Source of the DNA: an uncultured Bacteroidota bacterium
GTDB taxonomy: Bacteria; Bacteroidota; Rhodothermia; Balneolales; HLUCCA01
Length of the DNA: 64,000 bases
Assembly (NCBI GenBank): GCA_947085565.1
Contig: CAMTWZ010000021.1
Location: 6,025 to 70,024 of the forward strand
Direction: 5' to 3'
Made by a program: the position numbers and the translations under genes. Shown here one piece after another: positions 46,319-59,302 of the stretch. The notes beneath the pieces are model-generated. The model did no database searches and was not told the origin of the DNA. It saw only the letters and a program-made list of their open reading frames with translations. How positions within the stretch are numbered: position 1 is the stretch's first letter; the number at the start of each line of letters is the position of its first letter.

Positions 46319-47125
46319 TCATCCTAATTCGCTGGCCCGTTTTGTGGCTTCGGTGACGGCCTTGATCAGCGTCACACGCACGCCACCTTCTTCCAATTTA
46401 AGGATTCCATCGATGGTGCACCCGCCCGGAGTGGTCACATGGTCTTTGAGTATGGCGGGATGCTGACCGGTCTGGATCACCATCTTTGCGGCACCCAGGG
46501 TCATCTGCGCAGCGAGTTCGGTGCTCACATCGCGCGGAAGGCCGCTTTTCACGCCGCCTTCGGCCAAGGCTTCGATCACGATGTAGATGAAGGCAGGTCC
46601 GCTGGCGCTAAGTGCCGTAACCGCATCGAAATGACGCTCAGCGAGCGTGATGCAGCGGCCCACTGATCCGAAAATGGAATGCGACAACTCCAGATGCGCC
46701 TCTGTGGCGTGGGAACCGGCCGCGACTGCGGTCATTCCTTCCATCACCTGTGAGGGAGTGTTCGGCATGGCACGGACCACCGCGCTTCCTGCCGGGAGTC
46801 GGGATTCGATAGATGGAATCCGTTTACCGGCCATGATAGAAATCAGCAGTTTGCCGGGCGTCATCGCAGAGGCGATGCTGTCCAACACTTCGTCGGCCAT
46901 TTGAGGCTTCACGCAGAGGAGAACGATGTCCGCTTGCGCAACGGCTTCTGCATTGTCGGTGGTCGCCGCAACGCTGTACACCGCGGCGAACCTCGTGAGC
47001 TTCAGATTGGAGCGACCTGTGACGGTGATCTGGCTCGGTGCGACGATTCCGGCGCTGAGCAACCCTGCGGTGAGTGTTTCGCCCATGCGTCCGGCTCCGA
47101 TGATGGCGATGCGTTGTTTGATCAT
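46319..47125 (-). CDS. proC: pyrroline-5-carboxylate reductase
   Basis: IAIIGAGRMGETL NADP fold. C-terminal VTTPGGCTI motif. Confidence 0.85.
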   Translation of the reverse strand: MIKQRIAIIGAGRMGETLTAGLLSAGIVAPSQITVTGRSNLKLTRFAAVYSVAATTDNAEAVAQADIVLLCVKPQMADEVLDSIASAMTPGKLLISIMAGKRIPSIESRLPAGSAVVRAMPNTPSQVMEGMTAVAAGSHATEAHLELSHSIFGSVGRCITLAERHFDAVTALSASGPAFIYIVIEALAEGGVKSGLPRDVSTELAAQMTLGAAKMVIQTGQHPAILKDHVTTPGGCTIDGILKLEEGGVRVTLIKAVTEATKRASELG

Positions 47126-48189
47126 AGTGCGGCCCGTATGCGTTGTCCCATTTCGGAGGTTCCGATGATGGATGTTGCGCCTACCGACACATCCGCGCAG
47201 CGGAATCCATCCGCTAACACGCGTTGGATGGCGGATTCCACGCGTTGCGCGGCTTCTTCCATTCCGAATGAATAACGCAGAAGCAGCGCGATGGATGCGA
47301 TGGCGGCGATGGGATTGGCTTTGTCTTGTCCGGCAATGTCGGGTGCGGAGCCGTGGACGGGCTCGTACAAGGCGGTTCCGTCGCCCAGACTGGCGGAGGG
47401 AAGCATGCCGATGGAGCCGGTGAGCATGGCCGCTTCATCACTTAGGATGTCACCGAACATGTTTTCGGTGAGAATGACGTCGAACTGCTTCGGATTGCGC
47501 ACCAACTGCATCGCGCAATTGTCCACGAGCATGTGGTCGAGTTCCACATCGGGATAGTCACTGGCGATGCGGGTCACGGTTTTGCGCCAGAGTTGTGACG
47601 TGGCGAGAATGTTGGCCTTATCGACGGAGGTCACCTTTTTGCGGCGACCCTGCGCAGCCTTGAACGCCGCATGGGTGATACGCTCGATCTCCTGCGTGGT
47701 GTAGATCATGCTGTCGATGGCACGCTCGCCACCCTCGATCGGATCCACACGCTTCGGCTCGCCGAAATACAGTCCGCCGGTGAGCTCACGCACCACGAGC
47801 ATGTCCACACCTGAAACCACTTCCGGGCGCAGGGTGGAGGCATCGGCCAAGGCCGCATGCACCTGCACCGGACGCAGATTGTTGTACAAGCCCAAGGCTT
47901 TGCGAAGTCCCAAAAGCGCCTTTTCAGGACGCAGATGCGGCGGATTGGCGTCCCATTTCGGTCCGCCCACGGCGCCCAGCACCACCGCATCCGCCTTTTG
48001 GGCGGCGGTGATCACCTGGTCCTGGATCGGCACGCCGAACGCGTCAAGGCTCGCACCTCCGATCAGATGTTCTTCGGTGGTCACGGTGACGCCGTACGCG
48101 GCCGTGATCTTATGCAATACGGACAGCGCTTCGCGCGTCACTTCCACTCCGATCCCGTCACCCGGGACCACGACGATATGTTTTGTCAT
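47122..48189 (-). CDS. leuB: 3-isopropylmalate dehydrogenase
   Basis: NLFGDILSDEA-type motif (NMFGDILSDEAAMLTGSIGMLPSASL). 355 aa. Confidence 0.95.
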   Translation of the reverse strand: MTKHIVVVPGDGIGVEVTREALSVLHKITAAYGVTVTTEEHLIGGASLDAFGVPIQDQVITAAQKADAVVLGAVGGPKWDANPPHLRPEKALLGLRKALGLYNNLRPVQVHAALADASTLRPEVVSGVDMLVVRELTGGLYFGEPKRVDPIEGGERAIDSMIYTTQEIERITHAAFKAAQGRRKKVTSVDKANILATSQLWRKTVTRIASDYPDVELDHMLVDNCAMQLVRNPKQFDVILTENMFGDILSDEAAMLTGSIGMLPSASLGDGTALYEPVHGSAPDIAGQDKANPIAAIASIALLLRYSFGMEEAAQRVESAIQRVLADGFRCADVSVGATSIIGTSEMGQRIRAAL

Positions 48190-48195
48190 TCCAGC

Positions 48196-48753
48196 TTAGA
48201 ACATGTTGTGTTTACGGGCATAGGCGAAAATCCCGCCGGCTTCCACGATATCGGCCACATCTCCCAACGGACGCAGAGGAAAACTGACTCCCGTGGTGAG
48301 ATTGCGGACGATATTGAGCTCGGTGTCGATCTCCACTTCGTCGTAGGTGCGGAATTGCTGGCTCACATCATCGAACGATTCGAAGGGAACCACGAAGCCG
48401 CCATCCACGGCGTTGCGATAGAAGATACGAGCATAGGTGGATGCGATCACGGCTCGGCATCCGGCCACTTGCATGGCGAAAGGCGCGTGCTCGCGCGAAG
48501 AGCCGCATCCGAAATTCTTTCCGGCCACCACGATGGTGAACTCGGATTCGAACTGGTCTTCGGGCGTGAACAGGATGCCTCCTTTGGGTAGTCCGGACTT
48601 CGTTTCAGGAACGCCGGAAAGCGCGAATCGGCCGTACATGATGCGCTCTTCGGGCTTTTCGAGGCTGTACACCAGATGTTGTGCCGGGATGATCTGGTCT
48701 GTGTCGATGTCGTCGCCGAGGACGAACACTTTTCCGCTGATGATCTTGTTCAT
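48196..48753 (-). CDS. leuD: 3-isopropylmalate dehydratase small subunit
   Basis: GKNFGCGSSREHA motif. Confidence 0.9.
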   Translation of the reverse strand: MNKIISGKVFVLGDDIDTDQIIPAQHLVYSLEKPEERIMYGRFALSGVPETKSGLPKGGILFTPEDQFESEFTIVVAGKNFGCGSSREHAPFAMQVAGCRAVIASTYARIFYRNAVDGGFVVPFESFDDVSQQFRTYDEVEIDTELNIVRNLTTGVSFPLRPLGDVADIVEAGGIFAYARKHNMF

Positions 48754-50057
48754 ACGTGAGCTCCGATGTGATCACGTGGATCGGCGATCTTTCCGGTGAG
48801 GGCGGACGCGGCCACGGTGTAAGGGGATGCGAGATAGACTTGCGACTTCTTCGAGCCCATGCGGCCCGGAAAGTTGCGGTTGGTGGTGCTGATGCAGATC
48901 TCTTCGCCGTTGAGTCGGCCGAAGGTATCGGCGGGTCCGCCAAGGCATGCCGCGCAGCTGGCTTCACCCATGTGGCAGCCGGCGTCTTCGAAGATGCTCC
49001 ACAACGATTTGCCATCAATGGTTTCGGTGCGCAACTGGTTGCGGATGAGCGTGGTGGCCGGCACGATGTAGGTTTCCACGGCCACATTGTTCCCTTTGAT
49101 GATCTGGGCCGCCGCCATGAAATCGGACAGTTTTCCACCGGTGCACGAGCCGATGTAGGCTCGGGTGAGGTGGGTTCCTTTCACTTCGGATACGGTCGCT
49201 TTGTTGTCGGGAGAATGCGGTTTGGCCACCATCGGCTGCATGTCCTTCATCTGGTACACGCGCGTGCTGTGGTATTTCGCATCGGGGTCATTATACTGAG
49301 GCTCAAAGGCATAGTCTGTTCGAGCTCTCACGTAATCGAAGGTGGTTTGGTCGGGTTCGATCACGCCGTTCTTGCCACCGGCCTCAATCACCATGTTGGT
49401 GAGCGTCATCCGGCCTTCCATGTCCAGGTTCATCACGCCGTCGCCGGCGAATTCCATCGCGCGGTAGGAGGCTCCATCCACGCCGATATCTCCGATGATC
49501 TGAAGGATGAGGTCTTTGGCCATGATCCAGGGTGGAATCTCGCCTTCGAAGACGAATTTCATGGTGGGAGGCACTTTCACCCACAATTTTCCGGTGCCCA
49601 AGATGAACGCCGCATCGGTGTTGCCGATGCCGGTCGCGAACTGGCCGAACGCTCCCGCGGTGCAGGTGTGAGAATCGGTTCCGAACAAGACGTTACCCGG
49701 ACGTGTGAACCCCTCTTCGGGCATCGCCGCATGGCAGACACCTTTGTAGCGGTCGGTTCCCACATCATAATAATGCGGAAGATCCTGCTCTGCGGCGAAT
49801 TGACGCAGAATATCGATGTTCCGGTTGGCATACACGTCGTTCGTGAAGATGTAGTGATCCGGAATGATGACCACTTTGTTCTTATCCCAGACTTTCGCGT
49901 CGGCTCCGAATTCCTTCTTGAAGATGCCGATGGTGGGCGGGCCGCACACATCGTGCGTGAGGAGGATGTCCACATTCACCCATACGGTTTCTCCCGGGTC
50001 CACATGCCGTTTTCCGGAGGCTTTCGCGAGGATTTTTTCTGTCAGAGTCATGCTCAT
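48750..50057 (-). CDS. leuC: 3-isopropylmalate dehydratase large subunit (short, archaeal-type)
   Basis: DSHTCTAGA, GSCTGG and ASCAACLG aconitase-family Cys ligand motifs. Confidence 0.9.
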   Translation of the reverse strand: MSMTLTEKILAKASGKRHVDPGETVWVNVDILLTHDVCGPPTIGIFKKEFGADAKVWDKNKVVIIPDHYIFTNDVYANRNIDILRQFAAEQDLPHYYDVGTDRYKGVCHAAMPEEGFTRPGNVLFGTDSHTCTAGAFGQFATGIGNTDAAFILGTGKLWVKVPPTMKFVFEGEIPPWIMAKDLILQIIGDIGVDGASYRAMEFAGDGVMNLDMEGRMTLTNMVIEAGGKNGVIEPDQTTFDYVRARTDYAFEPQYNDPDAKYHSTRVYQMKDMQPMVAKPHSPDNKATVSEVKGTHLTRAYIGSCTGGKLSDFMAAAQIIKGNNVAVETYIVPATTLIRNQLRTETIDGKSLWSIFEDAGCHMGEASCAACLGGPADTFGRLNGEEICISTTNRNFPGRMGSKKSQVYLASPYTVAASALTGKIADPRDHIGAHV

Positions 50058-50061
50058 AGGT

Positions 50062-51227
50062 TCAGTACTTGTTCAAAGGTTGATGCTTGAAGGTAGAGAT
50101 GGTGATTAAATCGATGTCTGTGATGGTTTTTTTCGCGTCGGCGAGTTCGATGAAGGAGGCATAGACGATGTTCAGCTCGTCTTTGGAGAAATGGAAGCCG
50201 AGGGATTTGAGCTTATCGTCGAGCGCGCGTCGACCCGAGTGTTTGCCCAGCACGAGTTCGTTTTTCGGAACGCCGACCGATTGCGGCGTCATGATTTCAT
50301 ACGTCAGCGGGTTCTTCAGCATTCCGTCTTGGTGGATTCCCGCCTCATGGGCGAACGCGTTCTTCCCGACGATGGCTTTGTTCGGTTGCACTTCGTGACC
50401 GGTGAGCTTGGTCAGCAATCGGCTTGTCGGGTACAACTGCTCGCTCACCACATTGGTTGTGCGCTGGTAAAAGGAGTGACGCACATTCAGCGCCATCACG
50501 AATTCCTCCAAGGAGGCGTTTCCGGCGCGTTCACCGATGCCGTTCACGCAGCATTCCACTTGTCCGGCTCCGTTCTGAATGGCGGCCAACGAGTTGGCAA
50601 CGCCTAAGCCGAGGTCGTTATGGCAATGCACGCTGATCACGGCACGATCGATGCTGGGCACGTTTTTACGGACATAGGCAACTAGGGCGCCGAACTCATC
50701 CGGAACGGCGAAACCGACCGTGTCGGGGATGTTCAAGGTGGTGGCTCCGGCTTGGATCACCGCTTCGAAGATGGTGCACAGGAAATCGCGATCGGTTCTT
50801 GAGGCGTCTTCGGCGCTGAACTCCACATCCGAGCACAAACTGCGGGCGTGGGTGACGCCACGGATCGCCGCTTCGAGCGCTTCCTCCCGCGAAATACCCA
50901 ATTTATGCGTGAGGTGGATGTCGCTGGTGGCGATGAAGGTATGGATGCGGGGTTTCGCGGCGTACTGCAGCGCTTCCCAAGCGCGGTTGATGTCGTCGAT
51001 CTTGATGCGCGACAAGCCCGCGACCACCGTGCCTTGGATGGTTTTCGAGATCTCGCGTACCGCGTTGAAATCGCCTTCGGAAGCGATCGGAAACCCTGCT
51101 TCGATGATGTCGACACCTAGGCGTTCGAGTTGCTCCGCGAATTGGAGTTTCTCGGTCAGATTCAGACTGAATCCGGGCGACTGTTCGCCATCACGCAAGG
51201 TGGTGTCAAAAATTCGAATCGGTGGTT

Positions 51228-51231
<4 letters not shown>
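50062..51231 (-). CDS. leuA: 2-isopropylmalate synthase, short form without the C-terminal regulatory domain
   Basis: [14 protein letters not shown] and [16 protein letters not shown]. 389 aa; ends right after the catalytic barrel and subdomains. Confidence 0.8.
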
Positions 51232-53818
<2,587 letters not shown>

Positions 53819-54319
53819 TCAGGTGGTTTTCTGATATTCGCGGGCGAGGGCGACGGAGCCGGTGCGAGCCACTTCCCGCAGTCCGAACGGACGGAACATG
53901 CTGATGGCGGCATCCACTTTGTCTTTGCCACCGGTGAGTTCGATGGTCAGACTTTTCGGGCTGATATCGATGATCTTCGCACGGAAGACATTCGCCACTT
54001 GCATGATTTCAGAGCGGTTTTCGGAGGTCACTTCCACTTTGATCAGCGCCAGTTCGCGCGCCACATAGGGACCGTAAGTGAGATCGGTGACGCTGACCAC
54101 ATCCACCAGTTTCTCCAACTGACGTGTGATCTGTTCGATGATGCGTTTGTCGCCATGCGTGGTGATGGTGACTCGAGCCATGCCGGGAACTTCCGCATCG
54201 CCGAAGGTGATGGTGTCGATCACGAAACCGCGGCCGCTGAACAAGCCGACGATGCGCGATAAAGCGTTGAAACCGTGCGAGACGATCAGAGAGATGGTGT
54301 GATGGGTGATGTCGCTCAT
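53819..54319 (-). CDS. ilvN: acetolactate synthase small (regulatory) subunit
   Basis: ACT-domain start HTISLIVSHGFNALSRIVGLFSGRGF. The ATG at 54319 lies just after the ilvB stop (54324). Confidence 0.85.
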   Translation of the reverse strand: MSDITHHTISLIVSHGFNALSRIVGLFSGRGFVIDTITFGDAEVPGMARVTITTHGDKRIIEQITRQLEKLVDVVSVTDLTYGPYVARELALIKVEVTSENRSEIMQVANVFRAKIIDISPKSLTIELTGGKDKVDAAISMFRPFGLREVARTGSVALAREYQKTT

Positions 54320-54323
54320 AAGA

Positions 54324-56036
54324 TTAACCATCCACCATTTCATGGACAGCGGCTCCGGGTGGAATCATCGGATACACATTGTGGAATTGGGAGACGCAGA
54401 TGTCCATCACGACGGGTCCGTCAGTGATGGCATTCGCTTTGACGAGAATATCATCGAGCTCGTCGAGGTTGGTGGCGCGGAACCCGACAGCGCCGAAAGA
54501 TTCGGCAAGCTTCACAAAATCGGGATTGGACGGCTCAAGATGGGAGTGGGAATAGCGGCCGCCGTAGAAGAGTTCCTGCCATTGGCGTACCATGCCGAGG
54601 TAGCCGTTGTTCATGATGGCGATTTTGACGGGGATCTTGTAGTGGACGGCGGTGGCGAGCTCGATCAGAGTCATTTGAAAGCCACCGTCGCCCGTGATAC
54701 ACCAGACGTCGCGGTCGGGACAGGCCACTGCCGCGCCCAAGGCCGCAGGGAAGCCGAAGCCCATGGTGCCCAATCCGCCCGAGGTGATCCAAGACATGGG
54801 ATGGTTGTATTGATAATACTGCGCCGCCCACATCTGATGTTGCCCCACATCTGTCGCGATGATGGCATTTCCCTGCGTGATTTCAGAGATTTTCTTGATC
54901 ATCCGCTGCGGTGCGATTTCGTCTGGGTTCTCCGAAAACTTGAGCGGATGCTCACGCCGCCAGGTGTCGATCTGGGCGTACCATTCGGTGTAGTCTTTGC
55001 GTTCCACATCTTTGGTGATCGATGGAAGGATGTCTTTCACATGTCCGACCAGCGGATGTTCGATCTTGATGTTCTTGCCGATGCAGGCCGGATCGATATC
55101 GATATGGATCTTTTTGGATTTCGTGGAGAAATCCTTGGTGCGACCGGTCACCCGGTCGTCGAAACGGGCGCCAACGGCGATCAGGACATCACATTCCTGA
55201 ATCGCCATGTTGGCGTACCACGTGCCGTGCATCCCTAACATGCCGACAGATTGACGGTCTGATTCCGGAAATGCCCCCAAGCCCATGAGGGTGGTGGCCA
55301 CCGGAATATTGGATTTCCAAGCCAGTTCGCGAAGCTCATCCCAAGCTTTGCCCATGATCACGCCGCCGCCCACATACAAGAGTGGTTTATTTGCGGAACG
55401 GATCAGCTTCGCCGCTTCGGCGATGTCCGACGGCGCGCAGGTTTTCACGACCTTGTCGAACCGACGACGCACTTGGCGGTTTTTGTCATAAATGCCTTTC
55501 GAGAACAGCATGTCTTTGGGAAGATCGATGAGAACGGGTCCTGGGCGGCCGCTTTCCGCGATATGGAAGGCCTCCTTGATCACATCGCCGAGTTCGTTCA
55601 CATTCTTGACCAGATAGCTGTGCTTGGTGATCGGCCTCGTGATGCCGATGATGTCGGCTTCCTGGAAAGCGTCGTTTCCGATCATGGTGGATGGCACTTG
55701 GCCGGTGAGAACCACCATCGGGATGGAATCCATGAAGGCGTTGGTGATGCCAGTGACCGTGTTGGTGGCTCCGGGACCGGAAGTGGCCATGACCACACCC
55801 GTTTTGCCGGTGGCTCGGGCGTATCCTTCCGCGGCGTGGGTACCGCCTTGTTCATGGCGCACCAGAATGTGCCGGAGTTCGGGAGTCTTGTACAGAACAT
55901 CATAGACTCCAAGAACCACGCCACCTGGATATCCGAAGATGGTGTCGACGCCTTGGTCTAATAACGCGCGGATGAGGATTTCGCCTCCGGTGAGTTCCAC
56001 GCCGGTCTCGGTTTGGGTTTGTGTCTGGCTGTTCAT
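54324..56036 (-). CDS. ilvB: acetolactate synthase large subunit
   Basis: ThDP enzyme motifs. GDGGFQM...NNGYLGMV is the ThDP-binding motif. 570 aa. Confidence 0.95.
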   Translation of the reverse strand: MNSQTQTQTETGVELTGGEILIRALLDQGVDTIFGYPGGVVLGVYDVLYKTPELRHILVRHEQGGTHAAEGYARATGKTGVVMATSGPGATNTVTGITNAFMDSIPMVVLTGQVPSTMIGNDAFQEADIIGITRPITKHSYLVKNVNELGDVIKEAFHIAESGRPGPVLIDLPKDMLFSKGIYDKNRQVRRRFDKVVKTCAPSDIAEAAKLIRSANKPLLYVGGGVIMGKAWDELRELAWKSNIPVATTLMGLGAFPESDRQSVGMLGMHGTWYANMAIQECDVLIAVGARFDDRVTGRTKDFSTKSKKIHIDIDPACIGKNIKIEHPLVGHVKDILPSITKDVERKDYTEWYAQIDTWRREHPLKFSENPDEIAPQRMIKKISEITQGNAIIATDVGQHQMWAAQYYQYNHPMSWITSGGLGTMGFGFPAALGAAVACPDRDVWCITGDGGFQMTLIELATAVHYKIPVKIAIMNNGYLGMVRQWQELFYGGRYSHSHLEPSNPDFVKLAESFGAVGFRATNLDELDDILVKANAITDGPVVMDICVSQFHNVYPMIPPGAAVHEMVDG

Positions 56037-56146
56037 GTGAGTGGGAGATTCAAAATGGTCGTTGTCCTTCTTGGAAGGCCAAACCTGGAATCTTACACTG
56101 CACGGGTTCTGAAGAGAAGTGGTTTTCTAGGAGTGGCCTTGGTCGC

Positions 56147-56266
56147 TTATAGCGAAATCAATAGCGCTAGAATGTTTCCTAGTAGAATAATCGAACCCAG
56201 AATGAGCACATCCATGCGGTAGTCCGGAAGCGGTAAAATCAACGAATATGTGGCTGTGATGTTCAT
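56147..56266 (-). promoter_or_regulatory. Leu/Ile-rich 39-codon mini-ORF upstream of ilvB (candidate BCAA leader peptide)
   Basis: MNITATYSLILPLPDYRMDVLILGSIILLGNILALLISL, hand-translated. The last 22 codons hold 9 Leu, 5 Ile and 1 Val and use CTA and ATT heavily. The stop is 110 nt before the ilvB ATG. Confidence 0.4.
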
Positions 56267-56524
56267 TCTTCGCTCAGTATGACGCTTTTTCCGAGCGGAA
56301 GCAACACGCAAAAACACATAATCTCTGAAAAAACACAGTCGATGAACCTAGCTTTCATTAATAAATGAGGTATTTATAATTTTAAATTTAAAATATTAAA
56401 TGTTTAGCCCACAATTAGCGCATATATCGAAGCTGTGGAACCGCTTTTCTGAATAATTAAAAAAGTTGGATTTTTTTTCCCAAGCTCTTCAAATTGCTAT
56501 GCTTATGTGCCGATATTACAGATT

Positions 56525-58180
56525 ATGAGAAAACATTCTTCCGTCATTGTGGATGGTGCCGACCGCGCCGCCAGTCGTGCCATGCTTCGAGCCGTAGGTT
56601 TCGGAGACGCTGATTTCAAGAAACCGCAAGTGGGTGTGGCCAGCACCTGGAGCATGGTCACGCCATGCAACATGCATATCAATGTCCTTGCCGACGAGGC
56701 CGCCAAAGGGGTGGACCTGAACGGCGGAAAAGGCGTCATCTTCAACACCATCGCTGTTTCTGATGGGATTTCGATGGGTACGAAAGGGATGCGTTATTCC
56801 CTCGTGAGCAGGGAAATCATCTGTGATTCCATTGAAGCCGTTGTCGCCGGACAAGGGTTCGACGGACTCATCACCATCGGCGGATGCGACAAGAACATGC
56901 CTGGCTGCGTGATGGCCATGACCCGGTTGAACCGCCCGAGCGTGTTCGTCTATGGTGGCACCATCCAACCTGGAAAAGAACGCCGCGATATCGTTTCTGT
57001 TTTTGAAGCGGTCGGAAAACACGCCAAAGGTGACATCGACGACGCCGAATTGTATGAGGTGGAATCCACCGCGATTCCGGGTCCGGGCTCATGCGGCGGC
57101 ATGTACACGGCCAACACCATGGCTTCGGCGATCGAGGCCTTGGGACTGAGCCTTCCGAATTCATCCGCGCAGGAAGCCATCTCTCTACATAAACGCGAGG
57201 ATTGCTTGCGCGCCGGAGAAGCGGTGGTGCGCCTCATCCGCGATGATATCCGCCCATCTGACATCCTCAGCCGCAAGGCGTTCGAGAACGCCATCACCGT
57301 GGTGATCGCCCTCGGCGGATCCACCAATGCCGTGCTTCATCTCATCGCCATGGCGCACACCGCAGGTGTGGAGTTGAATCTGGATGATTTCACGAGAATC
57401 GGCGCCAAAGTGCCGGTACTGGCGGATTTGAAGCCCAGCGGAAAATATCTGATGTCGGAACTCATCGCCATCGGTGGCATCCAGCCTCTCATGAAAACAT
57501 TGCTTGAAGCGGGCTTGCTGCATGGCGATTGTCTTACTGTGACGGGAAAAACCATGGCGGAGAATCTGAAGGATGTGAAGCCATATCCGGCAGGTCAGGA
57601 CATCATCCGTCCGCTCAACAACCCCATCAAACCCGACTCGCATCTTGTGGTGCTGTATGGAAACCTGGCTCCGGAAGGTGCCATGGCCAAGATCAGCGGG
57701 AAGGAAGGGATGAGGTTCGAAGGCGAAGCGAAAGTCTTCGGCTCGGAAGAAGACACGCTAAAAGCCATCTTGGATGGAAAGATCGTGAAAGGGGATGTGA
57801 TCGTGATCCGCTATGAGGGTCCGGTAGGTGGACCCGGAATGCGTGAAATGCTGTCTCCGACATCGGCGATCATGGGCCGCGGATTAGGCAAGGATGTGGC
57901 TCTGATCACAGACGGACGCTTTTCAGGCGGAAGCCACGGTTTCGTTGTGGGACACGTGACCCCCGAAGCCGCGCTCGGCGGACCAATCGCTTTGGTCCGT
58001 GATGGCGACCCCATCATCATCGATGCCACCCGACGCGAAGTGCTCTTAGGCGTGTCGGATGAGGAACTTGCCCGGCGCAAAGCCGAGTGGACGGCTCCGG
58101 TTCCGCCCCAGCGCGGAGTGTTGGCCAAATATGCACGTCATGTGCGAAGCGCGAGCCAGGGGGCGGTGACGGACTTTTAA
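56525..58180 (+). CDS. ilvD: dihydroxy-acid dehydratase
   Basis: [26 protein letters not shown] start. CDKNMPG and SDGRFSGG-like ([11 protein letters not shown]) motifs. The track ORF begins 18 nt upstream at a GTG. Confidence 0.95.
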   Translation: MRKHSSVIVDGADRAASRAMLRAVGFGDADFKKPQVGVASTWSMVTPCNMHINVLADEAAKGVDLNGGKGVIFNTIAVSDGISMGTKGMRYSLVSREIICDSIEAVVAGQGFDGLITIGGCDKNMPGCVMAMTRLNRPSVFVYGGTIQPGKERRDIVSVFEAVGKHAKGDIDDAELYEVESTAIPGPGSCGGMYTANTMASAIEALGLSLPNSSAQEAISLHKREDCLRAGEAVVRLIRDDIRPSDILSRKAFENAITVVIALGGSTNAVLHLIAMAHTAGVELNLDDFTRIGAKVPVLADLKPSGKYLMSELIAIGGIQPLMKTLLEAGLLHGDCLTVTGKTMAENLKDVKPYPAGQDIIRPLNNPIKPDSHLVVLYGNLAPEGAMAKISGKEGMRFEGEAKVFGSEEDTLKAILDGKIVKGDVIVIRYEGPVGGPGMREMLSPTSAIMGRGLGKDVALITDGRFSGGSHGFVVGHVTPEAALGGPIALVRDGDPIIIDATRREVLLGVSDEELARRKAEWTAPVPPQRGVLAKYARHVRSASQGAVTDF

Positions 58181-58770
58181 TTCCTCAGCAAATGCGAGTA
58201 CTCCCGCATGAACTTGCGCACTTTCGGGGCGATCACGACTTGGCAATAGCCAGCGTTTTCGTTGTTCGCGTAATAATCCTGATGGTAGTCTTCGGCGACG
58301 TAATAATTGATCAAAGGTGAGATTTCGGTGACGATCGGAGCGTCCCAAATTTTCGCATCCCCGATTTCCTTCTTGATCCGCTCGGCCGATTCCTTTTGCG
58401 CCGCATTGTGATAGTAAATCACCGACCGGTATTGCGTGCCCACATCCGCGCCTTGACGGTTCAAGGTTGTGGGGTTGTGCGTGGCGAAAAACACGCGCAG
58501 GATGTCGTCGAAGGAGATGATCTTCGGATCGTAGGTGAAACGGATCACTTCGGCATGACCTGTGGTTCCGGAAGTCACTTGTTTGTAGGTCGGGTTGGCC
58601 ACGCGTCCGCCGGAATACCCCGATTCAACGCCATAAACGCCGTTCAGACGTTCATATATGGCTTCGACGCACCAGAAGCAGCCGGCGCCCAAGGTTACGG
58701 TTTCGCGTGTTTGGGCCTGAGTCGTTGCGGACATGGCGAGAATACCTAAGAGAAGGATGTGTGTTTTCAT
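58177..58770 (-). CDS. msrA: peptide-methionine (S)-S-oxide reductase with signal peptide
   Basis: [20 protein letters not shown], then [12 protein letters not shown], the MsrA active-site motif. Confidence 0.9.
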   Translation of the reverse strand: MKTHILLLGILAMSATTQAQTRETVTLGAGCFWCVEAIYERLNGVYGVESGYSGGRVANPTYKQVTSGTTGHAEVIRFTYDPKIISFDDILRVFFATHNPTTLNRQGADVGTQYRSVIYYHNAAQKESAERIKKEIGDAKIWDAPIVTEISPLINYYVAEDYHQDYYANNENAGYCQVVIAPKVRKFMREYSHLLRN

Positions 58771-58972
58771 GATCGGTTAACGCACAATAACCCGATTCGA
58801 ATTCAAATCATTCTCAATTTCGCTATTTTGCCGAATTATATGTGGCAAATAACCGGGCGGGGAGTGTCTGAAGGGTTTGAGAGGACTTTTATCAGACCAT
58901 CCCTCGACCCCGGTATTGGCTTCATGGGGTGTCGTAACCACATAATAACCTAAATAATTATACCAACATATT

Positions 58973-59287
58973 GTGAACAAGTCAATCGAAGAATCACAAA
59001 ATGTGAATTCTATTTTCAATAGAATCATTCATCACTACGGATTGAAGAACGATGCGGACCTTGCCAAGTTTCTCGGGATGAATGCGACCACGCTCTCCAT
59101 GCATCGCAAACGCGGAAGTCCGGATTACGGAAAGATCATTTCCACTTGCTCTGACGCCGATTTGAACTGGATTTTCAGAGGAAGGGCGGTCGCCGATGGA
59201 TCCGTCAGTTATGCCGGAAACCCATCCGTGAAGGAGGAATTATTGAGTTTGGCCGATGAATTGAAAAGAAAAGTGGAACGTCTGTAA
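58973..59287 (+). CDS. small HTH protein (phage CI-repressor-like N-terminal HTH)
   Basis: GLKNDADLAKFLGMNATTLSMHRKRG HTH pattern. GTG start. 104 aa. Confidence 0.55.
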   Translation: MNKSIEESQNVNSIFNRIIHHYGLKNDADLAKFLGMNATTLSMHRKRGSPDYGKIISTCSDADLNWIFRGRAVADGSVSYAGNPSVKEELLSLADELKRKVERL

Positions 59288-59302
59288 TTCCTACCTTTGG
59301 GA

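Noticed and set aside
45301-46356. 351-aa plus-strand ORF, plus similar long shadows at 48756-50090, 51861-53045, 52937-53650, 54306-55238, 40104-40988, 25026-25823, 16272-17123, 15454-16197, 14421-15317, 13753-14586, 8437-9180 and 538-1335
   Set aside because: Each lies opposite a CDS with clear conserved motifs (aminotransferase, leuC, cimA, ilvC, ilvB, CoA-transferase, the arg operon gene, prmA, M28 peptidase, SDR, gatA, rlmD, GH81). They show low-complexity R/G/H/D-rich translations with no recognisable motifs.
56037-56146. Canonical intrinsic terminator for the putative ilv leader
   Set aside because: I looked for a GC-rich hairpin followed by a U-tract on the minus strand. I found only a 5-bp CCTTC/GAAGG stem and a T4 run 10 nt further on. 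It is not reported as a terminator feature.
56013-56222. 69-aa plus-strand ORF in the ilvB-ilvD intergenic region
   Set aside because: It starts inside the ilvB 5' end on the opposite strand, has no motifs, and overlaps the better-supported minus-strand ILV-rich mini-ORF.
58860-58903. Imperfect hairpin GGGAGTGTCTGA...TCAGACCATCCC upstream of the small HTH gene
   Set aside because: It has 10/12 complementarity with a 20-nt loop, no U-tract, no repeat copy and no recognisable ncRNA signature.
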